Shown here: in pieces, positions 13,019 to 26,475 of the stretch | Position numbering within the stretch: position 1 is the first letter of the stretch | Layout: each line of letters starts with the position of its first letter | Assembly (NCBI RefSeq): GCF_006345805.1 | Contig: NC_043003.1 | Coordinates: 83,080,001-83,144,000 of the forward strand | Direction: 5' to 3' | Length of the DNA: 64,000 nucleotides | DNA from: Octopus sinensis | Taxonomy: Eukaryota | Translations under genes and position numbers: made by a program | The notes under the pieces: generated by a model | The model's database searches: none | The model's input: only the letters and a program-made list of their open reading frames with translations | Told to the model about the DNA's origin: nothing

Positions 13019-13385
13019 CAGGCATAGCTTTGTAGTAAAGAAGCTCCCCAGGCAATCACATAGATTTGGATTCACTCGCTCTTGGCCGAGTGATTTCTAT
13101 CCTAGCTCCGAGCCGACCAGTCCCTTATATGTGAGTTTGGTAAGGGCTAAGAAACGGTGGGAATTTGCCGCATGTGTATGTGTGTGCGTGTGTGTGTGAG
13201 TGTGTTTGTTGGCTTATGTGCGTCTTTAAGCGAAGTGGTTCGACAAAATGCTCCGATAGAATGGGTACCAGATGTTAAAGAATAAGTAAGTACTAGGGTT
13301 CATTTGTTCGACTAAACACTTCAAGACGGTGCTCCAGCATAGCCGCAGTCCAGTGGTTAAAACAATTATAAAACGAAAGAAAAAG
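13019..13385 (+). mobile_element. Diverged family B SINE
   Basis: GCCGACC, internal (TG)n, CGATAGAAT..GTAC, GACGGTGCTCCAGCATAGCCGCAGTC. Confidence 0.75.
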
Positions 13386-14077
13386 CTATGAATGACATCA
13401 GTTATTATTTTTCCATGATTTTAACGTCACACCTCGAAACGACTTCTTGATAATATATTGAATAGTGAGCTCAAAACGACAATAATTCATATTTTATCGC
13501 TGGTCCTGTTCTCAAATAGATTTTCATTTATCGATTGACTATTCTCACTACTGTGAAGAAATATATAAGATGGTAATTATTCTCCACTAGTTTCTTTAGC
13601 CGATATAATAATGCTTTCTGTACAGAAAATTATAAACTAATGCTACAGCATAGTCAAGATTCCTGAGCAAGAAGAGCATAACTTTTCCATAGGGGCACAT
13701 CCTTTCTAGTGATATTTCATGCTTTCACTTGTCTTTCGTTAATTTTTGGTATTGAAAAACCAAACCTTGTTATGGCGGCCATTATCTTTTTAAAGAAAAA
13801 TTAACGCATATAAGATAATGCTTATTGACACTTCGCGTGTCACCGTTGTTGGTGTGTACCTCCAGGTTAACTCGCATTGAGCACCTAGGTTGTCAGCCGA
13901 ACAAATCAGATGCAACCTACAAATTTATTATTTCATATTTACAATACTGAGCTGAAGGCCATGTTACAAAGTATGATTAGCAGTGGTTAATTGAATGCAG
14001 TACAATCATTCAGCATCCATACACTGTACTTTCCATTTTAATTTCGTGTGTATGTGTGTGTGTATGTGTGTGTGTGT

Positions 14078-14122
<45 letters not shown>

Positions 14123-15264
14123 ATTACAGAAAGTACTTAGGAAGACAATGGCGTTTCACCAAGCTCATTCGGTGTGAAACGTCGAAGGAAATTTGTCTAT
14201 GTTTGGATGTTTTGATAAATTAATATTACATGTTACAATGAATGATAGGTGCATGCACGGTTGTACTTTTACGATATATTTTTTTTATTTTAAAAGATAA
14301 TGGCTATCATAACACAGTTTTTTTTCAATACCAAAATGGCTGCCATAACAGGGTTTGTTTTTCAATACCAACAATTAATGAAATTCCCTAACGTGGGGTC
14401 TCCTTCGTGTTTGGTGTTTCACAAGTTTATTCCTGAACACTTACTCATTTTCGTTTAACTGGAAATTCAATTTTCGGGGTACAGACAGGGAAGTTTATGA
14501 AGTTTCAATCTAGATATGAACATCTATCGAAAATTTAATTCTCAGAGAGCTGAAAATTTAACAACGTCATTACACTCATACCAAATAACTACTACTAATT
14601 CATGCTTTGATGGTTCTTTATGAAGACGATACCATTTTCAGAGACCACAAAACTGGTGATAATGATAGAATGTTATCTTCATATAAAAACAAATGAGGTG
14701 AATGTATCAATAGGAAAGGACTTCTGTAAACATACCTAATGATCAGCCTTGAATGTTAAACAAAAAAAACTATCGAATCTGCACTTCTGACCTCACTTAA
14801 GATCTATGCAGTTTCACACACATACATTTACTCTAGACTAGCTTGGATGAGATTTTTCAAAGCAACATTTGTATGACTCGAACACAAAATTCTGTAGTTA
14901 CGAGGCATATATCGTAAACACACAACTGTGCATGCATCTATGATTCATTGTAACATTTAACATTAGTTTATAAAAACAGCCAAACATTAGTCAAGACGTC
15001 CTCTCGAACGTAGCTCAGAGCTTTTAAGTGACTCTCCTAATTACTCATATTGAAATTTAGCGACAGAACATTGGTATGTTTTCTATATAATCGTTCGCAA
15101 CTTTTCAATTATCACCCTATTATCCTCAAAACTTCTAATTCTGGAGTAATGGAAGATATCAATTAAAAATTGCCCGAGCATCTGGTTTCATACTTCTGTA
15201 TTCACAAATATTGCTTTCAATAACCAAATCACATCGTGACCTTTTATTATTAATATCATAATTA

Positions 15265-15304
15265 TTGTTATTGTTATTGTTGTTGTTATTATTATTATTA
15301 TTGT

Positions 15305-15347
<43 letters not shown>

Positions 15348-15693
15348 TGTAGCAGCAGCAGTAGTAGTAGTACTAGTAGTAGTAGTATTGCTCTTGTTGT
15401 TATTATTATTATTTTTTTATTATTATTATTATTATTATCATTATTATTATTATTATCATCATCACCAGATTGTTCTTAACACAAGACACTTTTCATAAAC
15501 TTGGGAATCGAGAGTCTTATAGAAGAACCAAATTGTTAATGAATATATCTATATAATATGAAGAGGGATATATTGTTGTTTCAATTATTAACATTTGTCA
15601 AGGAATTTCTATTCATTAAACTACCTAATTCATTCTGACTGGCCAAAATCAGTTACGGTTTTCTTTTTCTCATGTTATTCTCCATCTCCTTCC

Positions 15694-15744
<51 letters not shown>

Positions 15745-15748
15745 GATA

Positions 15749-15818
<70 letters not shown>
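15265..15818. repeat. Compound trinucleotide array (15265-15465) and (CT)n(TA)n array (about 15695-15818)
   Basis: Directly visible. Confidence 0.95.
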
Positions 15819-15821
<3 letters not shown>

Positions 15822-18196
15822 GGGCATATGACTATCACCTGCTCTCTATTCTGATTTCAATAGATGTTTATATTTCCTTATTTCTCATTTCTTACATCAT
15901 TTTTTCTTAATCACAATTATAATATGTTTAAATTAGATTACTGAAATTAAAGCTATTGTGTAAAAATTTAATTACAGTGAAGCTGAATGCCATATAACCC
16001 TCATTGAAAAGACCTATTGCCAAAAGTATTCTAGTTGTATTTTCGTATATTCTTATCACGTGTGTCATTTTTCTTTTATTTCAAGTGAGATCCAAATTAT
16101 AACTTCTGCAGGACTTGAATTTATTGAATCACGTTATTTCTTTCATAATTTCACAACTAATTCCAGCCTCTAATCTTAATGCTTTAACTATTTGCTTTCT
16201 CTATGCCACCACGTATATATACATATATGTATATATACTTCTGTAAATTCCTTTGGAGATTCTTTCATTACTACTTCGACAAATTACAGCAAGGATTACG
16301 TTTATTTTGTTTTGTTTTGCTTTGGTTTTGGCTTTCATCTCTGAGAAACAGAAATGGGGTTAAATCATGTACTGTAGGAAATATTAAAGAAATAGTATTA
16401 GTCACCGCCATAATAATATTTTGTTAAATATGCATTTATCCACTTAATTATTTTATACTGTTTATAATTGAGAGTTGTTGTTCAGACTTAGATTATAGCA
16501 AGATCAGTCAGTTACGTTCTACGATAATACCCATTTTTCAATAAACTGCATTTCCTGAAATAGGCTTCATCGCTTATATTATTTCCCATTTTCTACATTC
16601 CAAATCTCAGCCATCTTTCCTCCACATTGATAAATATATCATTTAAATTAATGTCAAAATGAAACACTGAGAAGGGTTATAGCACAAAAAAGTTCCTCAT
16701 AGCTGAGATAGTTAAGCCTGTGAAGGGGAAGGAAGAGGTTTCTCATTACAGTAAGAAAACAACTCGTTAATTTCCTTAATTTTCTCCAAAGTTTGATAAA
16801 ATGAAGCAGTTGATATGTTTGTTTTTAGTTCTAAAAACATAATTAAAGGTGGGATTTTAACAAAATAAAATATCTAAAGAACTTGCTCACCCATGCTGCT
16901 TCTTTTACTACATAGAACTAGTTTCGAAGCTATTTCTAGTTTTGTCGTGTCAACAGGCATATCCAAATTTAAAACAACATTTATATAACTCGTAATATAT
17001 TTTAGGGTTGATCCATACTAGAAAGGGAGAGAAAAGACACTCATGAATAAATTTTCTTCATGAGAAGAGGAGGATAAACATTTGAATTTCAATATATGAA
17101 ATGCGTTTCATAGAATGCTATGCATTTCTGTTTCTCCTTTTTTTTTCCTGTTACAGAATATCATTATATTCAGTTGTTAGGTTTCCTTTTCTCGTCTTCA
17201 AAGAATACCTGCTTCTTAATGAAAAGAAATTCCAATGAATGTGCTGCAACTAATCCCAATGAAGTTTCACAAATCCTGTTTTGTGTAGATATCAACATCA
17301 GAAAAATCCAGTGACTATTTTTTCATTGAAAACGTGATATCGCTGTTATTAGCAATCGATGTAAGCAAGCAGATATCGTTCGTGAGGAAACAATTTACCC
17401 CAAGTTTTTTTTTATTTTGTATTTGTCTTTTTTTTTCTCTTCTTTTTATCATCGAAAATGAGTTGCCAGTTTACTTGGCTACCTTTCCAAATACTGTTTC
17501 ATTCGATTTAAGAAAAACAAAAATTGAAACTTTCGATATTGTTTCTCTCTTGTCTGACGCCATCATATGCGAAATGATCGGTAAACTCGAATGGCTAGTG
17601 ATAAAGGAGATATTCTATGATCCCGTGTTATATACATCGATGAATCCGGATCAATACTAGTTCTTTCTTCAGTTGTTTCAACAAGCACACTAATTCTCTT
17701 GTCTCTACATTTTTTTTATCTGATTCACCGTTGAGTTTTACGCAGAGATAAAAGCAAATGTACTTGCAAACCATTACTTGATCGGGAGTTTGATTAAGCT
17801 ACTATTTTCTTGGGTTTTTTTCTGTTTTTTGTTTGCTTGATGTTTTTTTTTCAGATAGAAGCAAAAACAAACTATTGAAGAATTCGAAGTATATCGCTAT
17901 AGATAATAAGAAAAAAGTGAAAACGTATGTTCCACGGTCTATTATCCATTGAATCTATAGCTTTTACTGCCTCAAGTTTATGTTTTGGACTCAGCATTAG
18001 GCTTATATGTTTTATAGTCACCTCTCTCTATGTATGTATGTATGTATGTATGTATGTATGTATGTATGTATGTATGTATATATGTATGTATGTATATGTG
18101 TGTGTGCGTGTGTCTATATGTGTGTGTGAATTCGTGCACGTTTTTGTATGTATACATATATATATATATACAATATTATATATATATATATATATA

Positions 18197-19251
18197 ACCT
18201 TATAACATAACAGGATAAATATAATACTATATACTACAGTGTGTTATCTTATATTTACTCAATATATACTTGCGTCGGAATATTTCTGGTCCATGCAACT
18301 ATAATATTCTATATTTTGGCAATTCACAATACTTCATCATAAATAGATGAATAACGATGGATATTTCTGTTATTTGTTTTAGAACATCGCTGAAATAATG
18401 GTTAAACTTTGTATCGTTGTAGCAGGCATTAGCGCAGCAATTACCACAGAAATACTGCATACGACATGGAACTGTTTATAGAGATAATTCTCACAATATC
18501 AAAGGCAATAGCAAAGATAAAGATGACAAACAGCAGCCCCTCGCAGATTATTATACAAGATATAGCTTAGCGATAAAACATTAATTGTCAACGATTTAAC
18601 AGGTGAAATGTCGCTAGCTAACTTGATTTAACAATCATAAGCAAGGATGTTATATCTGATATTATCTCTGGAGTTACGTTTTATATAACCAGGCGAAGAT
18701 ACCGAAGTCTACATATATATATATATATATATATATAACCTTATAACATAACAGGATAAATATAATACTATATACTACAGTGTGTTATCTATATTTACTC
18801 AATATATACTTGCGTCGGAATATTTCTGGTCCATGCAACTATAATATTCTATATTTTGGCAATTCACAATACTTCATCATAAATAGATGAATAACGATGG
18901 ATATTTCTGTTATTGTTTTAGAACATCGCTGAAATAATGGTTAAACTTTGTATCGTTGTAGCAGGCATTAGCGCAGCAATTACCACAGAAATACTGCATA
19001 CGACATGGAACTGTTTATAGAGATAATTCTCACAATATCAAAGGCAATAGCAAAGATAAAGATGACAAACAGCAGCCCCTCGCAGATTATTATACAAGAT
19101 ATAGCTTAGCGATAAAACATTAATTGTCAACGATTTAACAGGTGAAATGTCGCTAGCTAACTTGATTTAACAATCATAAGCAAGGATGTTATATCTGATA
19201 TTATCTCTGGAGTTACGTTTTATATAACCAGGCGAAGATACCGAAGTCTAC
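18197..19251 (+). repeat. Tandem duplication, period 541 bp, each copy bounded by (TA)n
   Basis: Copies at 18197-18712 and 18738-19251. The only differences I saw are two 1-bp T-run length changes. Confidence 0.95.
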
Positions 19252-19684
19252 ATATATATATATATTCTCTAAGAACGTAATCTCAAATGATACTGATATG
19301 ATTTCAGATACAACTGAATGAAATCTGCGGTAAAGAAATAGATTTTAAATATTTAGCTAACTTAGCAGTGTTGGCATCAAATATCTACGTGCGAATTTAG
19401 ACAGATAAATATATGCAATGCTACTTTGATATCACCAAGGGGACAAATAAGCCAATTCAACAAGCGATTGAATGTCTTAAGAGAAAAATTAAGTCCCAGT
19501 TAAAACGGTTTCCATAATGAATTTGCTTATATTATTAGTATTGAATTCCAAACAGTATATATTATGTTGATATATTTTAGATTTCTTTGAAATAGCCACT
19601 TGCAAATTGATATGAATTTTGTCTGGGTTACTGTTAAATAATGTTATCTCATTTCATATTGTAATGTTAATTCGTTTTACACAA

Positions 19685-20113
19685 GTGTGACTGTGTTAAG
19701 AAGTTTCCTTCCCATCCACATAGCTCCGGATTCAGTCGCACTGCGTGGCATCTTGGGCAAATGTCTTCTACTATAGTCTCAGGCTGATCAAAGCTTTGAG
19801 AGTATATTTGGTAGGCGGAAACTGAGAGAAGCCGGTTGTATATATGTATATATGTATGTATTATGTATCTATGTATGTATTATGTATTATGTGTGTTTTT
19901 GTGTCTATGTTTGTCACCCACACCTCTTGGCAACTGGTGCTGATGTTTTTATGTTTCCGTAACCTAGCGTTTCGGCAAAAAGAGACCGATAGAACAAGTA
20001 CTAGGATTAAAAAATAAATCCTGGGGTCGATTTTGTTCCACTAAAACCTTTCAAGACGTTGCCCCAGCATGGCCGCAGTCAATGACTGAAACAAGTAAGA
20101 GATGAAAGATAAA
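19685..20113 (+). mobile_element. Family B SINE
   Basis: TCAGTCGCACTGCGTGGCATCTTGGGCAAATGTCTTCTACTATAG..GGGGTCGATTTTGTTCCACT..CCAGCATGGCCGCAGTCAATGACTGAAACAAG. Confidence 0.88.
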
Positions 20114-22289
20114 ATGATTGGATAATCTGTATGTTTTTCAAGGAAGGGATGACTTAGGGACCCTTTATTTTTTCTCTCCTCTGCAATATAAAGAAAAGAC
20201 TATATATTCCTTTTTTATATCTACTACTAGTAATTTTATTGTCACTATAATTTCAGTTTTATACACATAACACTGTTTTGGAAATCCTGTCTCCGTCACC
20301 TACGAAGTAATTTATTGACTTTCTCAAATATTATTATAAATATATTTCATTTTTATATAATGTATTTAATTCTCTGCATCACTCCACTGCAATGATGGAC
20401 GAAGTATAAGCTAACCTCATCGATCATGTTCTACATGTAGCGTTGCATTGCAAGTAATTTGATGATGATACGGAACACTATTTATTTCCATACAACTGAA
20501 TGTATAAAAGGAACAGAAATGTATTCTATGCAAATGGGTATTCTTTGTACATAAGTCGATTTTAACTGCCTTGCTCATTGGAAATATCCAAAAATACTTC
20601 AAAGTAATCCAGAGAATGTGCGTATATAATAGCGTTACCTAATATCTACTATTTTTATCACTAAATTTACCTTAGCTAAAAAGTTATCTAAAAAAACCTA
20701 ATATTATAAAGAACAGCCCACCAAGGACCATTAAGCAGCGAAATAGGAAGAGTTCATCAGGCAACAAAACAGGAAAAAGGCATGGTATAATACTTCATGT
20801 AGTGAAAATGTATGAATTCAATATAGAAAGAAATTTTCTGTCCTTCTCATGTACGCACTTCACGATTTACCAGAAGTTCCAAAAATGTACAGTAGTAATT
20901 CTGCCTTGGTGAATTTCAATCTCTCAAACACTTTTCTCTCCCATTTACTAATCAGTAGTGCATACAGTGCAAGATTTGAATATTCCTATCTCACTATCCG
21001 AATAATCATATTTAGTTCACCTGCCTTCCGATATTCCGGTTGTACTTATGAAAAATTCCATTTTGATCTAAGATATTTTACTATTTTTACTGAGAGGCCA
21101 GCCACATGCAAATGCTTTGGAAAATATCTTATTCCATGTGTCATAATGATGTAAATGATGCTAACGAATGATGGTAGTCACCGCATTGAAAGTTTGCGAT
21201 TTGCGCGCCATATCAATAAACTGGATCGGTTCCTACATTCAAAGACTTTCACGCTCAAATGTCTATCCACTTAATCTGCATACCTTCGACTCTGCAGTGC
21301 GTGACCAGAATGAGGAATAATGTGTCCGCCCAAACATATATCTATAAACATATCAATGATATCCAATAGGGCGATTATATGAATATTTCGAGTTGTAACC
21401 TGACAACTGCTCCAAAATTTGACATTTAACTTTTGAACAAGCTACTCCGTCTTTATTACCCCTTCACCGATTTATCTTGACTTGATGGCTATTCAGTAAC
21501 ATTTAAGTTACCTCTGTATCAATTAATCAGATTTAATAATGCCAGTTTGAATTAGATTTCAATTAGTACTATTTAACATCATAATATCTAAATTATCCTC
21601 CCGTAAATCACGATAGCATTTATGTTATCCTCGTTGCAATTATTTATTTTTAATGACCGCCGTTTTAATTTCAATTAATATTTTACCTGATAATAATTAA
21701 TTTATCCTCCCTTAAATATTCCGATTTGATAATTTCAATATTCAAGGGAAAATTCTTCCTTTGAAATATTATTAGCATGCCCTTTTAATATTTTCAATTC
21801 TAACACCAGTTGCATTTCTTTGTACTATTTTATTTGAAATCATTAATTATTTCACTTACTCTGTATTAAAGCTAGTCCACAGCAGCACATGGTCTGAATT
21901 AACATATGAGGCAGCAGAGTCGTTAATGTTATTTCCTCAAAATTTTATCGTCTAAGGAGTTCGTTGTCGAAGCACTGAGTAGCGGTGGAGTAGGTTATGG
22001 CCGACTTTATTGATAATCACTATATACTACTAAATGTAGATTACTTTTCCTTCCTTACCTTTAGCTATTCTGTATATATAGAGACAGATAGATACATATA
22101 TACATGCATAGATAGATAGAAAGATAGATATACATATTTATATACCTACCTACGTACATATACATAGATACGCACACAGACACATAGATGTGTCTGTCTG
22201 TATCTACATGTGTGTATGTTTATATGCATGCATACATACATAGATTAAAGTTACAACGACAGCAACTATAACCACTTCATCATCATCAA

Positions 22290-22364
22290 TAAACAGCAAG
22301 AACAACATTAACAATAATGACACCACCAACAACAACATGAACTACAACAACGATGATAATAATA

Positions 22365-22412
<48 letters not shown>

Positions 22413-22582
22413 TGATAATAACACTAACAATGATGATGATGATGATGATGATGTTGATGATGGCGGTGGTGGTGGTGGTGGTGGTGGTGATAATGATGAC
22501 GATGATGATGATGATGACGATGATAAGAACAACAACAACAACAACAACAACAACAATAATAATAATAATAATAATAATAATG

Positions 22583-22633
<51 letters not shown>

Positions 22634-22666
22634 TAATAATAATAATAAAAAAAGAAGAAGAAGAAG
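22290..22666. repeat. Long compound (AAT/GAT/GGT/AAC)n microsatellite
   Basis: Directly visible. Confidence 0.97.
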
Positions 22667-22834
22667 AAAATTGGAATAGAGTGCCCAGTAGAAGAACTGT
22701 TACAAAAGATTTGTTTCCTTGCCGTCGTCAAAATAATCAGGAAATATTAGATAATTGAAAAAGAACAGAAAGCATGGTACCGTAGGCGTACAAGACTCCA
22801 AGACTTCCAACAAAAACTGAGTTTAAAAATAATA
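22667..22834 (+). mobile_element. R4/Dong-like RLE retrotransposon 3' fragment A
   Basis: KIGIECPVEELLQKICFLAVVKIIRK resembles the R4-clade C-terminus (..LQK..LLGTA.I.RK). A short 3'UTR ends in AATAATA. Confidence 0.65.
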
Positions 22835-23493
22835 TCCAAATGGAGCTTATCCTAGAGTATAACAGACAAACTTGTTGTTGGTGTGTTGGTCAGATGAGAG
22901 AACGGACATACTAGATAATTGAAGTGAGCTGTCCAATTGATAGAAGAATAAAAGAAAAGGAATTAGATATACATCAACACCTGAGGAAGGAGATAATTGA
23001 GGATGGAAAAATGTGAGGTCGTGCCATATTTTACTGGAGTCTTGGGAACGACGGGGAATAGGGTCAACAAGTGGACAGAAAAGACAGGCGGCGAGCTGGC
23101 AGAAACGTTAGGTCGCCGGGCGAAATGCTTAGCGGTTTTTCGTCTGCCGTTACGTTCTGAGTTCAAATTCCGCCGAGGTCGACGTTGCCTTTCATCCTTT
23201 TAGGGTCGATAAATTGAGTACTAGTTATGCTTTGGATCGATGTAATCGACTTAATCCCTTTGTCTATCCTTGTTTGTTCCCTCTATGTTTAGCCCCTTAT
23301 GGGTAATAAAGAAATAAGAAGAGATAGGTTTGCAGACGCACATAGAATACATGCAACTGGCCTGCTTGTAAGGAACGGCGAACGTTCTTGAGTGGCTAAG
23401 GCTACAGAACGTGACTTGCTATCCAAAAGTAAACCCACCTCAATTCCAACATAGAGATGAAATACAAAATAGTTTTGAAATGACAATAATAAT
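22835..23493 (+). mobile_element. R4/Dong-like RLE retrotransposon 3' fragment B, interrupted by a SINE
   Basis: ERTY*IIEVSCPIDRRIKEKE..HLRKEI and CEVVPYFTGVLGTTGNRVNKWTEK (RLE domain). It resumes after the SINE as EIGLQTHIEYMQLACL*GTANVL and ends in AATAATAAT at 23485-23493. Confidence 0.8.
23087..23316 (+). mobile_element. Family A SINE (young tail) inserted in R4-like fragment B
   Basis: Full head to AATAAAGAAATA tail. Decayed TSD AGAAAAGACA (23077-23086) versus AGAAGAGATA (23317-23326). Confidence 0.9.
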
Positions 23494-23499
23494 TGTAAT

Positions 23500-23650
23500 C
23501 CTTTCTACTATAGGCACTAGGTCTGAACATTTGGGGAGAGAGGCTTGTCGATTACAATGACCCAGTTCTCGACTAGCACTTATATTTCATTGATTCCGAA
23601 AAGACGGGAGACAAAGTCAACCTCGGCAGAACTTTAACTCAGAGCATAAC
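23500..23650 (-). mobile_element. Family A SINE fragment (old tail)
   Basis: GTCGATTAC..CAAAGTCAACCTCGGCAGAACTTTAACTCAGA. Confidence 0.7.
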
Positions 23651-23715
23651 ATAAAGAGTTTGGAATAGATAAATGTTCACTGATAGTATTAGGGAGAGAA
23701 AAATACCCAAAACAG

Positions 23716-23895
23716 AGGGGTAATTCTTTGTAGGTAGGCATTGATCTTGGGCTGCTACGATAAACCCTTCTGTTTCAGATTTTAAGCCAGAGGCCATTCG
23801 CCATTGATGTGTAAGGGCTTTGTCATCATCGGCATTATTCGTTCTTTTTGGGTATTTGCAATTGAGAGGGTTTCTTGCCATCTTGTAGCTTTTGA
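23716..23895 (-). mobile_element. R4/Dong-like retrotransposon fragment (post-RT region)
   Basis: KYPKRTNNADDDKALTHQWRMASGLKSETEGFIVAAQDQCLPTKNY matches the conserved ETEG..AAQDQ.L.T.NY motif. Confidence 0.85.
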
Positions 23896-23930
23896 GAAAG
23901 TATATTTAGCATTTTATTATTGCAAAATAA

Positions 23931-24140
23931 GGCAGCGAGCTGGCAGAAACGTTAGCACGCCGGGCGAAATGCTTAGCAGTATTTCGTCCGTCTTTCCGTT
24001 CAGAGTTCAAATTCCACCGAGGTCGACTTTACCTTTCATCCTTTCGGGTCGATAAGTTAAGTACCAGTTGTGTAGTGGGTGGATCTAATCGACTGCCCCC
24101 CTCCCTAAAAATTTCGGGCCTTGTACTTAGAGTGGAAAAG
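23931..24140 (+). mobile_element. Family A SINE (old tail)
   Basis: GGCAGCGAGCTGGCAGAAACGTTAGCACGCCGGGCGAAATGC..CCCCTCCCTAAAAATTTCGGGCCTTGTAC. Confidence 0.9.
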
Positions 24141-24764
24141 ATTATATTATAGTAAATATCATCCTCTTTTGGCAGTATTATTTAAGGGGAATAAAATGAT
24201 TAGTTACATAGGTTGATGAACCGCTTCCAGATGTTATCGTAGTTCATTTTCCTAACTCTTATATATTTTTAAATAAAACTGTCTTCTTTCACGTTCTGTC
24301 TACATTAGAAACTGTATTAAGACACATCGTAATTTCACAGAAAACGGTTACTTATTTTTTTAAGTTTTAAAATATCTCTATTCCACATGAAGGATTTCTG
24401 CTCTTCTTTCACTGATAAAGCTTAGTGATTTTGTAATTAATCAACTAGGATTGAGCGATAAGTATGTTTACAAATTTATTTTTTTCAGATAAGAAAGACT
24501 ACTATTGTAAAATAATTTTCTCAATCATTATTGTTGTCTTTCCCAAAGTCAGTAACTGACGACATTTAGAGGTGAATAACCTGGTTATTTGTATTTAAGG
24601 CTCTATAATGTTCAATATATCACTCCTTATTTTTAAAAAAAGGGCGTGGCTTAAAAATGATTTTAAAGCTATTTGTAGCAAGTTGGGGATTTTTCTTGGT
24701 TAAAATTTTCTGGTCATGTAGAAAAAAACCTGCATGAGATTGTCTCCAACGTTCATCTTCAGGA

Positions 24765-24873
24765 AAGCCTCAGAGTAAGTAGTAGAAGACACTTGCTCAA
24801 GGTGCCACGCAGTGGGACTAAACCCAGAACCATGTGGTTGGTAAGCAAGCTACTTACTACACAGCCACTCCTG
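24765..24873 (-). mobile_element. Family B SINE, 5' part
   Basis: Reverse complement reads CAGGAGTGGCTGTGTAGTAAGTAGCTTGCTTACCAACCACATGG..GGCACCTTGAGCAAGTGTCTTCTAC. Confidence 0.88.
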
Positions 24874-25751
24874 TGTCTATAGTCAAAATCCTCATAAAGG
24901 TACGAATTGGGGACCTATTCAGCGGTTTACAATGCACTGTATTCAGTATATTCCAGCATGGAAGTATGAATCCACCTCATATTGTAAAGGAATTCATTAA
25001 TTTTAGTAACAGCTGTTTTAAATTAAGTATTTCATCGATTTTGGAAAAGTAAAAAGGGAAACTAACTTCAGTAGAATTTCAGTTCGGAAGATAAAGAACC
25101 ACAATAATCTACACAAGGTCCTTTCTCGGACTCTCTCGCTTCAACCAATCGACCGATTTATCTAGGTGATAAATGGGATACAACAGCGCTGTTCAAGCTG
25201 TTGATCAAAGCCAGTTAAGTTATTAGGGAGGTGTCGCTTATCACACTATTATATTAATACGTTTCTGTTTATAGATATTCCCCGCCAGTATAGAACATAT
25301 ATACATATATACACAGATTTTGATTTTAAACACATAGGCTGAGGCATTCCTGAAGAAGAATCAGCGGATCAAATTCTTACCTGATTTTTCTAAGAGTGAT
25401 TTTGCCTGTTCCACGTTACCATACACTCATTGTGAATAAGAGGCGCCTTAACATAAGAATATACAAGCTAACATTCAAGATCTCATTTTTGTGTTATAAA
25501 ATGTGTGTATTACATTTTGTATATGTTTTGGTTATTATATATACACTTAACTACGGCACCAGTTGACTGATGATCAATTTTAAATTAGATATATTAGTAC
25601 CTACTGGATTATACTTTGGGAATGTTTGCTGATATGCTTTTCATAAAATGTATACAAAACACACGTGAGCACATTCATGGAGATATTACCCGCTGTTTCA
25701 CAACACACACACACACAGACACACACACACAAATACGCACATTTATATATA

Positions 25752-26461
25752 TTGGGTTGGCAACTAAGTTCCCGCCGTTTTAAATTTTGGAATCTATTTT
25801 GTCGAGAATTCTATTTTTGAATCATTTTGGAATCTATTTTGTTTTTTCTAGTTAATTTTAGTCAATTTTTGTTTATTTTCAGATCATTAAAATGGAATGT
25901 CAAGTGAAAAAAAACGAGCACTTTCGACATTTCTTTCCTTTTGCTTTCAATTAAGTGTCTAAGGTTGCAAAAGCTGCTCGCGATGTTTATGCTGTGTATA
26001 GAGAGGGTGCCATAGCTGAAAGAACCGCTTGTGATTGGTATGCCAAATTCCAAAATGGAAATTTTGACCTCAAAGACGCTCCTCACTTTAGCCGTCCAGT
26101 TGAGTTCGGTGAAGAGCGATTTAACCAACTTCTGCACGAAAATTCTCGTCAAACGACAAGAGAACTGGCAGATAAAATGGAACAGAGAAAAGAACAGACA
26201 TGGAATGCTTCCACACTGCTATAGAGAATCATCTTCACTCGATGGGATAGGTTCAGAATTGAGAGCTTGGTTAGATCAATTTTTCGAGCCCGAAATTGGG
26301 TGATTTCTACCAACAAGGTATTGAAAATCTTGTTGAACGTTTGGGAAGAAGTTGTAAACAACAATGGTGAATACATTATTGATTAATTAGTTGTTATTTT
26401 TTATTAAACATTAAAAAAAATTAAATTAAAAAAAACCGTGGGAACTTAGTTGCCGACCTAA
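25752..26461 (+). mobile_element. Internally deleted mariner element with both TIRs and TA TSD
   Basis: TIRs TTGGGTTGGCAACTAAGTTCCC and GGGAACTTAGTTGCCGACCTAA are flanked by TA. The HTH region AARDVYAVY..AERTACDWYAKFQNGNFDLKD is joined to the C-terminal GIENLVER..; the DD34D core is deleted. Confidence 0.93.
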
Positions 26462-26475
26462 TATATATATATATA

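Noticed and set aside
25380-25424. Minus-strand YGNVEQAKSLLEKS with a strong CAG|GTAAGA donor
   Set aside because: It needs a GAG acceptor, and an in-frame stop lies immediately upstream.
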